Shown piece by piece: positions 24,311 through 37,719 of a stretch of DNA of 64,000 bases. The notes beneath the pieces were generated by a model. The model saw only the letters and a program-made list of their open reading frames with translations. It did not search any database and was not told where the DNA came from. Both the position numbers and the translations under genes were made by a program. This DNA is from Scyliorhinus canicula (lineage: Eukaryota): NCBI RefSeq assembly GCF_902713615.1, contig NC_052155.1:190946429-191010428 (forward strand), given 5' to 3'. Position 1 is the stretch's first letter; the number at the start of each line of letters is the position of its first letter.

Positions 24311-24907
24311 GAGATTCTATAACCTTGTATAATGTGGTGTTTCACCTGCTCATCTAAATGCTTCTTAAATGTTGTAAGTTACAAAACTTCCTGTGGTCAA
24401 ATGGCCAATGAACAATAATAATAATAATCTTTATTATCACAAGTAGGCTTACATTACTGCACTATCCTGGGTTCTGGTCCCAAACTAGTCAAGCCCACAC
24501 TCACTGAATCTTACTCACTTGCTGCCAACCCACCTCCTCCATTGCTATACCCACATATGTATGTATGTGGCATGCAGCACTGGGATATATTGGTGGCAGA
24601 GAGTGGTCCTGGGAGTCCAAAATATTACCTCTGGAAACCATGAAGTCAAAAATGGGTGAGGAAATCTTTAGTCGATTATCATGTACTGTCCTCCCTCAGG
24701 TGATGAATCAGTACACCTCTACATTAAACAAAAACACAATGAGTCCTGACAATGTCCTGGTTACTATGGTGGAGATTTGTGCTCCAGAACTGGCCATGCC
24801 CCTAGCCAAGGGGTTCTTGTACAACCACAACGGCAACACTGGCATTGATCTGACAGATATGTAGAATTGCGCTAAATCTAATGCATGAAAAGTAAAACAT
24901 TTCAAAT

Positions 24908-25094
24908 GAAATGAAAAATGAAATGAAAATCGCTTATTGTCACGAGTAGGCTTCAATGAAGTTACTGTGAAAAGCCCCTAGTCGCCACATTCCGGCGCCT
25001 GTCCGGGGAGGCTGGTACGGGAATCGAACCGTGCTGCTGGCCTGCTTGGTCTGCTTTAAAAGCCAGCGATTTAGCCGAGTGAGCTAAACCAGCT
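24908..25094 (-). mobile_element. Young tRNA-derived SINE with (CATTT)n tail, private to unit 1
   Basis: Minus strand has GCTGGTTTAGCTCACTCGG (A box), GGTTCGATTCC (B box) and a CATTT tail. The empty site CATTTCAAATCAACC is present at ~33900 and ~42680. Confidence 0.88.
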
Positions 25095-25547
25095 AAATCA
25101 ACCAACTACTTCTCTATCAATCTACCAGGAAGCACTTACACAACAATAATCACTAATGTTCAGTTTGAGTCTGGCTGACCACACAGCTTGAGACCTTATC
25201 AAAACCTTGGTCCAAACATGGATAACAGAGGTGAGGGAAGAGTGACCTATAAACACACAAACTATCCCAGAATTGTTAAGGAGCAGAAGGAGGCCATTCA
25301 GTCCTTTGAACCTGTACTGGCTCACCAAAGAAGCATTATGACTGAGTGCCGTTCATCTGTCTTTTCCCCATGGTATTGCACATTAGGAGCAGGAAGAGGC
25401 CATTCAGTCCTTCCAGCTTGTCCTGCCATCCAATAAGATCATGGCTGACCTGGCTGAAACCTCAAACTTACTCCTGGTAACCTTCATCCCCTTGTGTTTT
25501 GTAAATTTAGAGTACCCAATTCATTTTTTCCAATTAAGGGGCAATAT

Positions 25548-26722
25548 TGGATTGGATTGGATTTGTTTATTGTCACGTGTACCGAGGTACAGTGAAAAGT
25601 ATTTTTCTGCAAGCAGCTCAACAGATCATTCAGTACATGGGAAGAAAAGGGAATTAAACAATTCAAGAAAATACATGAGAATACATAATAGGGCAACACA
25701 AGATATACAATGTAACTACATAAGCATTGGCATCGGTTGAAGCATACAGGATGTAGTGTTAATGAGGTCAGTCAATAAGAGGGTCATTTAGGAGTCTGGT
25801 GACAGTGAGGAAGAAGCTGTTTTTGAGTCTGTTCGTGCGTGTTCTCAGACTTCTGTATCTCCTGCCCGATGGAAGAAGTTGGAAAAGTGAGTAAGCCGGG
25901 TGGGGGGGTATTTGATTATGCTGCCTGCTTTCCCCCGGCAGCGGGAGGTGTAGATGGAATCAATGGATGGGAGGCAGGTTCGTGTGATGGACTGGGCGGT
26001 ATTCACGACTCTCTGAAGTTCCTTGCGGTCCTGGGCCGAGCAGTTGCCATACCAGGCTGTGATGCAGCCCGATAGGATGCTTTCTATGGTGCATCTGTAA
26101 AAGTTGGTAAGGGTTAATGTGGACATGCCGAATTTCCTTAGTTTCCTGAGGAAGTATAGGCGCTGTTGTGCTTTCTTGGTGATAGCGTCAACGTGAGTGG
26201 ACCAGGATAGATATTTGGTGATGTGCACCCCATAGGAATTTGAAACTGCTCACCATCTCCACCTCGGCTCCGTTGATGCTGACAGGGGTGTGTACAGTAC
26301 TTTGCTTCCTGAAGTCGATGACCAGCTCTTTAGTTTTGCTGGCATTGAGGGACAGATTGTTGTCGTTACACCACTCCACTAGGTTCTCTATCTCCCTCCT
26401 GTATTTGGACTCGTCGCTATTCGAGACCCGGCCCACTATGGTCGTATCGTCAGCAAACTTGTAGATGGAGTTGGAACCAAGTTTTGCCACGCAGTCGTGT
26501 ATGTACAGGGAGTAGAGTAGGGGGCTAAGTACGCAGCCTTGCGGGGAACCGGTATTGAGGACTATTATGGAGGAGGTGTTGGTGTTCATTCTTACTGACT
26601 GTGGTTTGTTGGTCAGAAAGTCAAGGATCCAGTTGCAGAGTGGAGAGCCAAGTCCTAGGTTTTGGAGCTTTGATATGAGCTTGGCTGGGATTATGGTGCT
26701 GAAGGTGGAGCTGTAGTCAATA
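25548..26722 (-). mobile_element. 5'-truncated Rex1/Babar-like LINE (RT C-terminal half), inserted inside a SINE, unit 1
   Basis: [27 protein letters not shown], with a (CCAAT)n tail. There is one frameshift in this copy. Confidence 0.85.
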
Positions 26723-27789
26723 ACTACAAGTTAATATAGCATGAAGTTAATATAGCATGAATTTAATATAGCATGGCCAATCCACCTACCCTGCATATCT
26801 TTGGGTTGTTGGGGGGGGGGGGGGGGCACCCACACAAACACAGGGAGAATGTTCAAACTCCTCATGGACAGTGTCCCAGAGCCGGGATAACCCACTGCAC
26901 CACCGTGCTGCCCCTTTCACCCCCTTGTTAACCAAGAATCTATCTAGCTCTGCCCTGAAAACAGAGACACAGCTTTCACTGCTTTTTAAGGAAGCGAGTT
27001 CCAAATGTTCACTGCCCTCAGAGGAAAACATTCTTCTCATGTTGTCTTAAATTTGTGACCCTTTATTTTTAAACAATGACCTCTAGTTCTAGATTCTCCT
27101 CCATCCGAAAAACATCCTCTCCACATCCACCCTGTCAACACCTCTGAGGGGCTCAAATATTTCAAACAAGTTGCCTCTTACTCCTCTGAACTCCAGTGGA
27201 TACATGCCGAGCTTGTCCAACCTTTCATCATTAGACAACCTGCCCAGTATTATTCTGGTAAACTTTCTCTAAACTTCTTGCAATGAAGAACTGTCCAAGC
27301 TTTTTGCTCGGGGATCTTATCTTTGTTTACTTTTCTCATTCAAAGGGCTGAGGAGCAAATTTTGTAAAGAAAAGGGGCGGGATCCTCCACTTTGCCGGCA
27401 GCGCACTCACGCCCACGGATTTCCGGATGGCACGGGGATGGCCAGAATGGGTAACCCCATTGGCTGGCTGCTGGGATGGAGGATCCCCATGCTGGTGGGG
27501 GCGTGCCATGTCAGAAAATGGGTCTGGTGAGGCCGAGAATCCCACCCAAGGTTTGGTGCTACAATAAGCTGAATAAACTCAACTGATGGGTCAGTGGTGG
27601 GAATGTGGATGGATCAGTGGTCGTTAGTGATTGAACCTCTGCAGTGTGTGGGGAAAGTGATCCCACAGTGTGTTTGGGAGGGAATGCTGACCCAGGGATC
27701 ATGAAGCAATGGTTTGAGATGTGAGTGGCTGAGAGGTGAAGCTATTTCCATCCGTTTGCTCTTCCTCCCCTTCTAGGGTGGAGGCTGTT

Positions 27790-28088
27790 TTAATAATAAT
27801 CTTTGTTAGTGTCACAAGTAGGTTTACATTAACACTGCAATGAAGTTACTGTGAAAAGCCCCTAGTCGCCTGTTTGGGTACACAGAGGGAGAATTCAGAA
27901 TGTCCAATTCACCCAACAGCACGTCTTTTGGGACTTGTGGGAGGAAACCGGAGAGCCCGGAGGAAACCCACGCAGACACGGGGAGAACGTGCAGACTCCA
28001 CACTGACAGTGACCCAAACTGGGAATCGAACCTAGGACCCTGGCGGTGTGAAGCAACAGTGCTAACCACTGTGCTACCGTGCTGCCCC
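27790..28088 (-). mobile_element. tRNA-derived SINE upstream of V-B (repeated in units 2 and 3)
   Basis: Reverse-complement SINE head ..TAACCACTGTGCTACCGTGCTGCCCC. Confidence 0.75.
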
Positions 28089-28280
28089 TGTTGATTTGGG
28101 ATCTGAAATTGGGGTCAGCGTCGGATATGCGACTGAACCAAGTTTTGTTTAAAATAAATCCTCAAGTGTTTGTGTAATTCAATTGCGTAGTCACTGTAGT
28201 GAAAACAAACACAGTGCGTTAAAAATGTGTCAGAGGTGTGGGTGTGGCTTTTGTACAGGAGGCAGCCGCTGCAATCACCC

Positions 28281-28328
28281 ACAGGAAGTTTGTCAGCTCC
28301 TCTGTCAGAGTCAGTGTTTAATATAAAT
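28281..28328 (+). promoter_or_regulatory. Putative V-B promoter: ETS site and TATA box
   Basis: ACAGGAAGT at 28281-28289, overlapping a RUNX-like CCACA, and TATAAAT at 28322-28328, 35 nt before the leader ATG. Conserved in all three units. Confidence 0.5.
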
Positions 28329-28362
28329 GTTACCCAGGAGCTGAACACCTCGCACTGAAACC

Positions 28363-28885
28363 ATGCTGCTGCCCTGGGTCGCCTTAGTTACTTTTTTTCC
28401 AGGTAAATTGATTAATTCATTGTCTACATTTGATTTTCTTTAGGTTTTGAAACTCGTTGTAATTGGGATTACCGTACCAGCCTCCCCGAACAGGCACCGG
28501 AATGTGGCGACTCGGGGCTTTCCACAGTCATTTCATTTGAAGCCTACTTGTGACAATAAGCAATTTTCATTTATTTCCCCACAGATGGATATTTTGCTCA
28601 AGATTTAAAACAGGCTCAACTTTCAGTCACCAAGAAAATGAATAAAAATCCCACCATTTCGTGTGAGCTGGCTGAATCAGTCAGCACTTCCATCATCCAC
28701 TGGTACAAAGACACAGAGGGTGGCCAGCTGGTCCGCATTCTTTATTTCGATGGCAGTGTTAATCGGGATAGTGGATTTGGCAAAAGGTTTGAGGGGGAGA
28801 AGACTGGGTACAGACAGTACAGTCTGCGCATTAACGCCCTCCAGCCAAAGGATTCCGCCACCTATTACTGCGCCTATTGGATTCA
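28363..28885 (+). CDS. TRGV: TCR gamma V segment, family B copy 1 (leader 28363-28402, intron 28403-28584, V exon 28585-28885)
   Basis: Spliced product is MLLPWVALVTFFP-DGYFAQDLKQAQLSVTKKMNKNPTISCELAESVSTSIIHWYKD..DSATYYCAYW. The intron is phase 1 (GTAAAT...ACAG), and a 23-RSS follows. Confidence 0.9.
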
Positions 28886-28924
28886 CACAGCATTAAACAA
28901 CCATTCAACTTCCTTACAAAAACT
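28886..28924 (+). other. 23-RSS of V-B1
   Basis: CACAGCA + 23 nt + ACAAAAACT. Confidence 0.92.
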
Positions 28925-29469
28925 CTCCACACATTACAGTTCAAACACCACCCCAAAACCACATCCGATTGAGCTGAAAACTGCCACAAATTCCCTTCAG
29001 TTAAGGTTTACACTGTTGTGCATCATAAAATTGACACAAATTAAACAGCTACACTTTCATTCTTTTCCAGTTAATCACGCTGGAATAGAACACAGGCGGT
29101 GGGGGGTGGGGGGTGGGGGGGGAGGGGGATGGGCATTAGGAGCTGCTCGTCATTGGCTGAATCTTCTCTCCCATCACCCCATCCTTTTCCAGCTGCGATT
29201 GGTTCTCGGATCCCAGATTATTTAAATGGCATTTTTACATCCTCTTTGCTAACGTTTCCCCTACTCTATCTCTGCAACCTTCTCCCAAGTTATATCTTCA
29301 GCCCTATCCCATGGAGCCCCAACTCCAACCTTGTAACCCTCTAGAGGGATCTTTTGCTGAACTCTCTACTTTCTCTTCACCTTTATAGACCTTCATGCAA
29401 ACTATCTTGTTGACTCTTTGCAAATAGACTATTTTAACTTCCTTACGTTACAGCCCTGCCCTGACCATT

Positions 29470-30067
29470 TGAGGCACCCTCAATTACGACGCGAGAGCGA
29501 GGTCGGTAATCAAAAGGCTTTAATCTACAGAGAACTGAACAGCATCCGAGAGAAGTGTGCTCACCACATGGAGCCTTATCCTATATACCGTTTCCTGGGG
29601 GCGTAGCCAGAGGCGGAGTCCCCCAGGGTTCCAAGCATCTTAAAGGGGCAAGGTATTAAAGGTCAGGTACCGTTTACAGCAGTTATTAATACCGTTCATC
29701 ACATTCACCCCCTGTTTAAAAAAAACACATAGTCCGTCTGGGGTGAAGTGGAGTTATAAGTTCAGTCTTTGTGGTGGTCTGATCGTCCGTGCTGATTTCG
29801 CTGCTCCGGTGGTGGTGCCATGGATGCGGTCGGTTCCAATGGTGGTATATCCGGGAGCAGGGTTGACTGAGCCTTTGCCCGCCTTGGAGGGGGGGGGGGG
29901 GGTTATCAGGGATGATTAGGGTGATCAGTGCTGCCGCCGGCTGGGGGCAGGGGGTGCTAAGGGGGGGGGGGCGCTGTTAGAGTCGGCGGGCGGTGCGGGG
30001 CGGGGAGCGTCGGTAGAAGGGGGGGGGGCGGTGGGGAAAACGTCGGGGTCGGTGGGAGAGCCAGCGG
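29470..30067 (-). mobile_element. Gypsy 3' LTR (29470-29703), PPT and truncated 3' internal stub, unit 1
   Basis: LTR has TG...CA ends and an adjacent polypurine tract (AGGGGGTGAA on minus). It is near-identical to the 3' end of the long Gypsy at 47012-50100. Confidence 0.85.
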
Positions 30068-30901
30068 CAGTGCACAGACATGTAAAAAGATCTGAATCTC
30101 TACAGTGCAGAAGGAGGCCATTCAGCCCATTGAGTCTGCACTGATCCTTGGAAAGAGTACCCTACTTAGGCCCAAGCCCCAACCCGATCCCCATAACCCA
30201 GTAACTCCACCTAACCTTTTGGACACTAAGGGGCAAATTAACATCCCCCTAACCTGTGCATCTTTGGACATGTGGGAGGAAACCGGAGCAGCCGGAGGAA
30301 ACCCACGCAGACGTGGGGAGAACGTGCAGACTGCGCACAGAAACACAAGATAGGAGTTGAATCCGGGTCCCTGACGCTGGGAGGCAGCAGTGTTAACCAC
30401 TGTGCCGCCGTGTCGTCCATATGAGCTTTGACAGAGTCATTGGACCCGAAACGTTTGCTCTTTTCTCTCCCTACACAGATGCTGCCAGACTTGCTGAGAT
30501 TTTCCAGCATTTTCTCCTTCCTGCCGTCCATATTGTTCCTCATGTGGGACACATTGAAGAGATGTGGGCCTCTGGCCCTGACCAGGAGGCCCTGACACCT
30601 CCCAGTAAGAAGCTTGTGAGATGGTTACTGGAACTGTTTGAATGGGGCAAGGACAGGGCGGGATAGCAGACAGAAGGTCAGTGCCGGGTAATATCAGAAA
30701 GCTGGTCCAGCCACTCAGCAGCTGTTCTGGGTGTGGGGAAAGGCAGATTGAAGTGAAACATTAACCGGGTGAAGTAGAAAAACGGCAGCATTGAGGCCAC
30801 GTGGAGACTCAGCATTGGGTGGAATCGATTGACACAATTTCCGCTGTGGCAGCCTAGTCAGGGTGATGGTTAAACCTCCATCAGTCCAATCTTGGCCAAA
30901 G

Positions 30902-31346
30902 ATGGAGGGTCACATTGTGGTGATTTTACTCACCTCTTTCCTCAGTCAGTACTGTCCGTTCAAACTGATTCTTTTGTTTATCATCCCCCCCTCCCCTTAT
31001 TAACTAATAATCTGATTGATTTGTCTTATCTACTGCAGGGAAATCTGACGCTGTAACGCTGACACAGTCTGCACTCTCCATGACCAGACTTCCCAACAAA
31101 ACGGTGCGGTTTGAGTGTGAAATCGTCGTTTCAGACTTCGCCAGTGCCATAATCCATTGGTACCGGCAGAGTCCGGGACAGGGGTTACAGAGAATGCTTT
31201 ATTATAAGAATCCATCCGAGACCGCACAGGACATAACCAACAGGGTGTTATTTGCGGAAAAACGATCTGCCACCGAATCGTGCAGCCTGTTGCTGCGGGA
31301 CATCAAGGAGGATGAATCCGGAATGTATTACTGTGCTCTCTGGGAC
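30902..31346 (+). CDS. TRGV: TCR gamma V segment, family A copy 2 (leader 30902-30944, V exon 31039-31346)
   Basis: As A1, with CEIVVSDF and ATESCS variants. Splice sites and frame are intact. Confidence 0.9.
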
Positions 31347-31385
31347 CACACTGTCTGAAACCGGAGGGGAGTCTTTACAAAAACC
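31347..31385 (+). other. 23-RSS of V-A2
   Basis: CACACTG + 23 nt + ACAAAAACC. Confidence 0.95.
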
Positions 31386-31709
31386 CCACAGCAGCTCATA
31401 CTCACTCTGAACAAGGTGCTGAAACACAGCTGGAGGGTTAGGACAGTTCCACCGGGGCTGCCCAGACAACATGTTCATTTCACCAGCTTAGTTGCATATT
31501 ATTTTTGAACTTGGATGAATAAAAATTACTTTGTGAAACCAGTGAGATTTAATTATGACAATTCTGACTTTATTCTATAAATGGATATAACAAATGTAAT
31601 AACACATGAAATACAAATAACAAATGATATAACAGATTCCTCTGCCCTCACCCCTCTCCTCCCTCCCAGACCCAGGATATCCCCCCCCCCCCCCCCCCCC
31701 CCCCCGTCC

Positions 31710-32810
31710 TCACTTTTCACCCCACCAGCCTCCACATTCAAATATCCTCTGCCAGTTCTGCCAACTCCAGCATGATTCCATCACCAGACACATCTTCCCC
31801 TCACTCCCTCTGACTGCATTCCACAGGGACCATTCCCTCCAGGATACCCTGGTCCACTCCCCCATCACCCCCAACACCTCACCCTCTTCCCAGGGCACCT
31901 TCCCATACAATCGCAGACGGTGTAACAGCTGCCCCTTTACCTCCTCCCTGCTCAACATCCCAGGGCTGACACACTCTTTCCAAGTGAGGCAGAGCTTCAC
32001 GTGCCCCCCCTTCAATCTGGTCTATTGCATTCGCTGCTCCCAGTGTGATCTACTCTACATTGGAGAGGCTAAACACAGACTGGGGGACCGCTTTGCAGAA
32101 CACCCCCCCGGTCCATCCACAAGCAGGACCCAGACCTTCCTGTTGCTGCCATTTCAACTCCCCGTCCTGCTCTCACACCCACATGTCCGTCCTCGGCCGA
32201 CTGTAATGTTCCAGTGAAGCCCAACGCAAACTGCAGGAACATCACCTCATCTTCCGATTGGACACGTTACAGCCTTCCGGACTTAACACTGAGTTCAACA
32301 CCTTCAGACTGTGAACTCTCTCCTCCACCTTCACCCCAGTTTTATTTCTATCAATTCATTTTAATTTCTTCCATCGATCTGTTTTTCCCTCACCATTGTC
32401 CTCTCCCCCCCCCCCCCCCCCTTAGACCATCTGTTCCCTGTTCCAAGTTGTCCTTTGACTCACTGCTGACTTTTTCTGCCATCCACACATTCTAATCTCT
32501 TTATGTGCCACTATCAGCTCCTTCTTAGCCTTAATCACCATCATTTACATTCCCTACGTCTTTATGTTCATGGCATCTTTGTCAATCTCCACCTATCACT
32601 GGCCCCTATCCAGACCCACAACTCCACCCCCTCCCTCACAACAGTATAAATCTCATCCTATTTCCAGTTCTCTGCAGTCTTGGCAAAGAGTTATCCAGAC
32701 TCGAAGCGTTAGCTCCATTCTCTCTGCACAGACGCTGTCAGACCTGCTGAGATTGTTCAGTATTTTCTGTTTTTGTTTCAGATTCCAGCATCTGCAGTAA
32801 TTTGATTTTA
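31710..32810 (+). mobile_element. Penelope-like GIY-YIG fragment, unit 2
   Basis: NLVYCIRCSQCDLLYIGEAKHRLGDRFAEH. Confidence 0.85.
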
Positions 32811-34356
32811 TAACAATTCTCATATGGTTTAAACTAATCACTCCATCTGCTTTGCCACGTTTTGCAAAACCCCTATAATAATGTAGTCACTGAGTTTTAC
32901 AGCACATAACCTTTGGCCCATCATGTCTGTGCTGGTCACAAAGCACCTATCCAATTTCCACACCTGTTTCATAACATTGGGGCAGCACGGTGGCACAGTG
33001 GTTAGCAAAATAGCTTCACAGCGCCAGGGTCCCAGGTTCGATTCCTGCTTAGGTCACTGTCTGTGTGGAGTCTGCATGTTCTCTGCGTGTGTTTCCACCG
33101 GGTGCTCCGGTTTCCTCCCACAGTCCAAAGATGTGCAGGTTAGGTGGATTGGCCGTGCTAAATTGCCCTTAGGTTAGATGGGGTTGCAGGGTTATGGGGA
33201 TAGGGTGGAGGTGTGGGCTTAACTAGGGTGCTCTTTCCAAGAGCTGGCATAGACTTGATGGGCTGAATGGCCGCCTTCTGCACTGTAAATTCTATGAGAT
33301 TCTATAACCTTGTATAATGTGGTGTTTCACCTGCTCATCTAAATGCTTCTTAAATGTTGTAAGTTACAAAACTTCCTGTGGTCAAATGGCCAATGAACAA
33401 TAATAATAATAATCTTTATTATCACAAGTAGGCTTACATTACTGCACTATCCTGGGTTCTGGTCCCAAACTAGTCAAGCCCACACTCACTGAATCTTACT
33501 CACTTGCTGCCAACCCACCTCCTCCATTGCTATACCCACATATGTATGTATGTGGCATGCAGCACTGGGATATATTGGTGGCAGAGAGTGGTCCTGGGAG
33601 TCCAAAATATTACCTCTGGAAACCATGAAGTTTACCGCCATCAAGTCAAAAATGGGTGAGGAAATCTTTAGTCGATTATCATGTACTGTCCTCCCTTGGG
33701 TGATGAATCAGTACACCTCTACATTAAACAAAAACACAATGAGTCCTGACAACGTCCTGGTTACTATGGTGGAGATTTGTGCTCCAGAACTGGCCATGCC
33801 CCTAGCCAAGGGGTTCTTGTACAACCACAACGGCAACACTGGCATTGATCTGACAGATATGTAGAATTGCGCTAAATCTAATGCATGAAAAGTAAAACAT
33901 TTCAAATCAACCAACTACTTCTCTATCAATCTACCAGGAAGCACTTACACAACAATAATCACTAATGTTCAGTTTGAGTCTGGCTGACCACACAGCTTGA
34001 GACCTTATCAAAACCTTGGTCCAAACATGGATAACAGAGGTGAGGGAAGAGTGACCTATAAACACACAAACTATCCCAGAATTGTTAAGGAGCAGAAGGA
34101 GGCCATTCAGTCCTTTGAACCTGTACTGGCTCACAAAAGAAGCATTATGACTGAGTGTCGTTCATCTGTCTTTTCCCCATGGTATTGCACATTAGGAGCA
34201 GGAAGAGGCCATTCAGTCCTTCCAGCCTGTCCTGCCATCCAATAAGATCATGGCTGACCTGGCTGAAACCTTAAACTTACTCCTGGTAACCTTCACCCCC
34301 TTGCGTTTTGTAAATTTAGAGTACCCAATTCATTTTTTCCAATTAAGGGGCAATAT

Positions 34357-35534
34357 TGGATTGGATTGGATTGGATTTGTTTATTGTCACGTGTACCGAG
34401 GTACAGTGAAAAGTATTTTTCTGCAAGCAGCTCAACAGATCATTCAGTACATGGGAAGAAAAGGGAATTAAACAATTCAAGAAAATACATGAGAATACAT
34501 AATAGGGCAACACAAGGGACACAATGTAACTACATAAGCATTGGCATCGGTTGAAGCATACAGGATGTAGTGTTAATGAGGTCAGTCAATAAGAGGGTCA
34601 TTTAGGAGTCTGGTGACGGGGGGAAGAAGCTGTTTTTGAGTCTGTTCATGCGTGTTCTCAGACTTCTGAATCTCCTGCCCAATGGAAGAAGTTGGAAAAG
34701 TGAGTAAGCCGGGTGGGAGGGATCCTTGATTATGCTGCCCGCTTTCCCCCGGCAGCGGGAGGTGTAGATGGAATCAATGGATGGGAGGCAGGTTCGTGTG
34801 ATGGACTGGGCGGTATTCACGACTCTCTGAAGTTCCTTGCGGTCCTGGGCCGAGCAGTTGCCATACCAGGCTGTGATGCAGCCCGATAGGATGCTTTCTA
34901 TAGTGCATCTGTAAAAGTTGGTAAGGGTTAATGTGGACATGCCGAATTTCCTTAGTTTCCTGAGGAAGTATAGGCGCTGTTGTGCTTTCTTGGTGATAGC
35001 GTCAACGTGAGTGGACCAGGATAGAGATTTGGTGATGTGCACCCCTAGGAATTTGAAACTGCTCACCGTCTCCACCTCGGCTCCGTTGATGCTGACAGGC
35101 GTGTGTACAGTACTTTGCTTCCTGAAGTCGATGACCAGCTCTTTAGTTTTGCTGGCATTGAGGGACAGATTGTTGTTGTTACACCACTCCACTAGGTTCT
35201 CTATCTCCCTCCTGTATTCGGACTCGTCGTTATTCGAGATCCGGCCCACTATGGTCGTATCGTCAGCAAACTTGTAGATGGAGTTGGAACCAAGTTTTGC
35301 CATGCAGTCGTGTGTGTACAGGGAGTAGAGTAGGGGGCTAAGTACGCAGCCTTGCGGGGAACCGGTATTGAGGACTATTATGGAGGAGGTGTTGGTGTTC
35401 ATTCTTACTGACTGTGGTCTGTTGGTCAGAAAGTCAAGGATCCAGTTGCAGAGTGGAGAGCCAAGTCCTAGGTTTTGGAGCTTTGATATGAGCTTGGCTG
35501 GGATTATGGTGCTGAAGGCGGAGCTGTAGTCAAT
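34357..35534 (-). mobile_element. Rex1/Babar-like LINE fragment, unit 2 (266-aa uninterrupted RT ORF at 34602-35402)
   Basis: [18 protein letters not shown] and KFADD motifs, with a CCAAT tail. Confidence 0.87.
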
Positions 35535-37157
35535 CTACAAGTTAATATAGCATGGCCAATCCACCTACCCTGCATATCTTTGGGTTGTTGGGGGTGGGGG
35601 GGGGGGGGGGGGTGGTGGGGGCACCCACACAAACACAGGGAGAATGTTCAAACTCCTCATGGACAGTGTCCCAGAGCCGGGATAACCCACTGCACCACCG
35701 TGCTGCCCCTTTCACCCCCTTGTTAACCAAGAATCTATCTAGCTCTGCCCTGAAAACAGAGACACAGCTTTCACTGCTTTTTAAGGAAGCGAGTTCCAAA
35801 TGTTCACTGCCCTCAGAGGAAAACATTCTTCTCGTGTTGTCTTAAATTTGTGACCCTTTATTTTTAAACAATGACCTCTAGTTCTAGATTCTCCTCCATC
35901 CGAAAAACATCCTCTCCACATCCACCCTGTCAACACCTCTGAGGGGCTCAAATATTTCAAACAAGTTGCCTCTTACTCCTCTGAACTCCAGTGGATACAT
36001 GCCGAGCTTGTCCAACCTTTCGTCATTAGACAACCTGCCCAGTATTATTCTGGTAAACTTTCTCTAAACTTCTTGCAATGAAGAACTGTCCAAGCTTTTT
36101 GCTCGGGGATCTTATCTTTGTTTACTTTTCTCATTCAAAGGGCTGAGGAGCAAATTTTGGAAAGAAAAGGGGCGGGATCCTCCACTTTGCCGGCAGCGCA
36201 CTCATGCCCACGGATTTCCGGATGGCACGGGGATGGCCAGAATGGGAAACCCCATTGGCTGGCTGCTGGGATGGAGGATCCCCATGCTGGTGGGGGCGTG
36301 CCATGTCAGAAAATGGGTCTGGTGAGGCCGAGAATCCCACCCAAGGTTTGGTGCTACAATAAGCTGAATAAACTGAACTGAAGGGTCAGTGGTGGGAATG
36401 TGGATGGATCAGTGGTCGTTAGTGATTGAACCTCTGCAGTGTGTGGGGAAAGTGATCCCACAGTGTGTTTGGGAGGGAATGCTGACCCAGGGATCATGAA
36501 GCAATGGTTTGAGATGTGAGTTGCTGAGAGGTGAAGCTATTTCCATCCGTTTGCTCTTCCTCCCCTTCTAGGGTGGAGGCTGTTTTAATAATAATCTTTG
36601 TTAGTGTCACAAGTAGGTTTACATTAACACTGCAATGAAGTTACTGTGAAAAGCCCCTAGTCGCCTGTTCGGGTACACAGAGGGAGAATTCAGAATGTCC
36701 AATTCACCTAACAGCACGTCTTTCGGGACTTGTGGAAGGAAACCGGAGCACCCGGAGGAAACCCACGCAGACACGGGGAGAACGTGCAGACTCCACACTG
36801 ACAGTGACCCAAACTGGGAATCGAACCTAGGACCCTGGCGGTGTGAAGCAACAGTGCTAACCACTGTGCTACCGTGCTGCCCCTGTTGATTTGGGATCTG
36901 AAATTGGGGTCAGCGTCGGATATGCGACTGAACCAAGTTTTGTTTAAAATAAATCCTCAAGTGTTTGTGTAATTCAATTGCGTAGTCACTGTAGTGAAAA
37001 CAAACACAGTGCGTTAAAAATGTGTCAGAGGTGTGGGTGTGGCTTTTGTACAGGAGGCAGCCGCTGCAATCACCCACAGGAAGTTTGTCAGCTCCTCTGT
37101 CAGAGTCAGTGTTTAATATAAATGTTACCCAGGAGCTGAACACCTCGCACTGAAACC

Positions 37158-37680
37158 ATGCTGCTGCCCTGGGTCGCCTTAGTTACTTTTTTTCCAGGTA
37201 AATTGATTAATTCATTGTCTACATTTGATTTTCTTTAGGTTTTGAAACTCGTTGTAATTGGGATTACCGTACCAGCCTCCCCGAACAGGCACCGGAATGT
37301 GGCGACTCGGGGCTTTCCACAGTCATTTCATTTGAAGCCTACTTGTGACAATAAGCAATTTTCATTTATTTCCCCACAGATGGATATTTTGCTCAAGATT
37401 TAAAACAGGCTCAACTTTCAGTCACCAAGAAAATGAATAAAAATCCCACCATTTCGTGTGAGCTGGCTGAATCAGTCAGCACTTCCATCATCCACTGGTA
37501 CAAAGACACAGAGGGTGGCCAGCTGGTCCGCATTCTTTATTTCGATGGCAGTGTTAATCGGGATAGTGGATTTGGCAAAAGGTTTGAGGGGGAGAAGACT
37601 GGGTACAGACAGTACAGTCTGCGCATTAACGCCCTCCAGCCAAAGGATTCCGCCACCTATTACTGCGCCTATTGGATTCA
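37158..37680 (+). CDS. TRGV: TCR gamma V segment, family B copy 2 (leader 37158-37197, V exon 37380-37680)
   Basis: Protein is identical to B1. Splice sites are intact. Confidence 0.9.
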
Positions 37681-37719
37681 CACAGCATTAAACAACCATT
37701 CAACTTCCTTACAAAAACT
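37681..37719 (+). other. 23-RSS of V-B2
   Basis: CACAGCA + 23 nt + ACAAAAACT. Confidence 0.92.

Larger units (their letters stand above)
20859..30067. repeat. Segmental tandem repeat unit 1 (~9.2 kb; contains V-A1 and V-B1)
   Basis: Colinear near-identity with 30063-38860 and 38856-47608. It carries two extra private insertions. Confidence 0.95.

Noticed and set aside
28210-28216. CACAGTG upstream of the V-B promoter as an RSS
   Set aside because: There is no nonamer at 12 or 23 spacing. Many other CACAGTG hits are simply SINE A-box sequence.
28403-28443. Upstream TTTTCTTTAG acceptor in the V-B intron
   Set aside because: It would leave a 41-nt intron and read into a TGA within the SINE remnant.
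28638-29225. 195-aa ORF read as a full protein (also 37433-38020)
   Set aside because: Only the first ~83 codons are V exon. The remainder is read-through across the RSS and downstream non-coding DNA.
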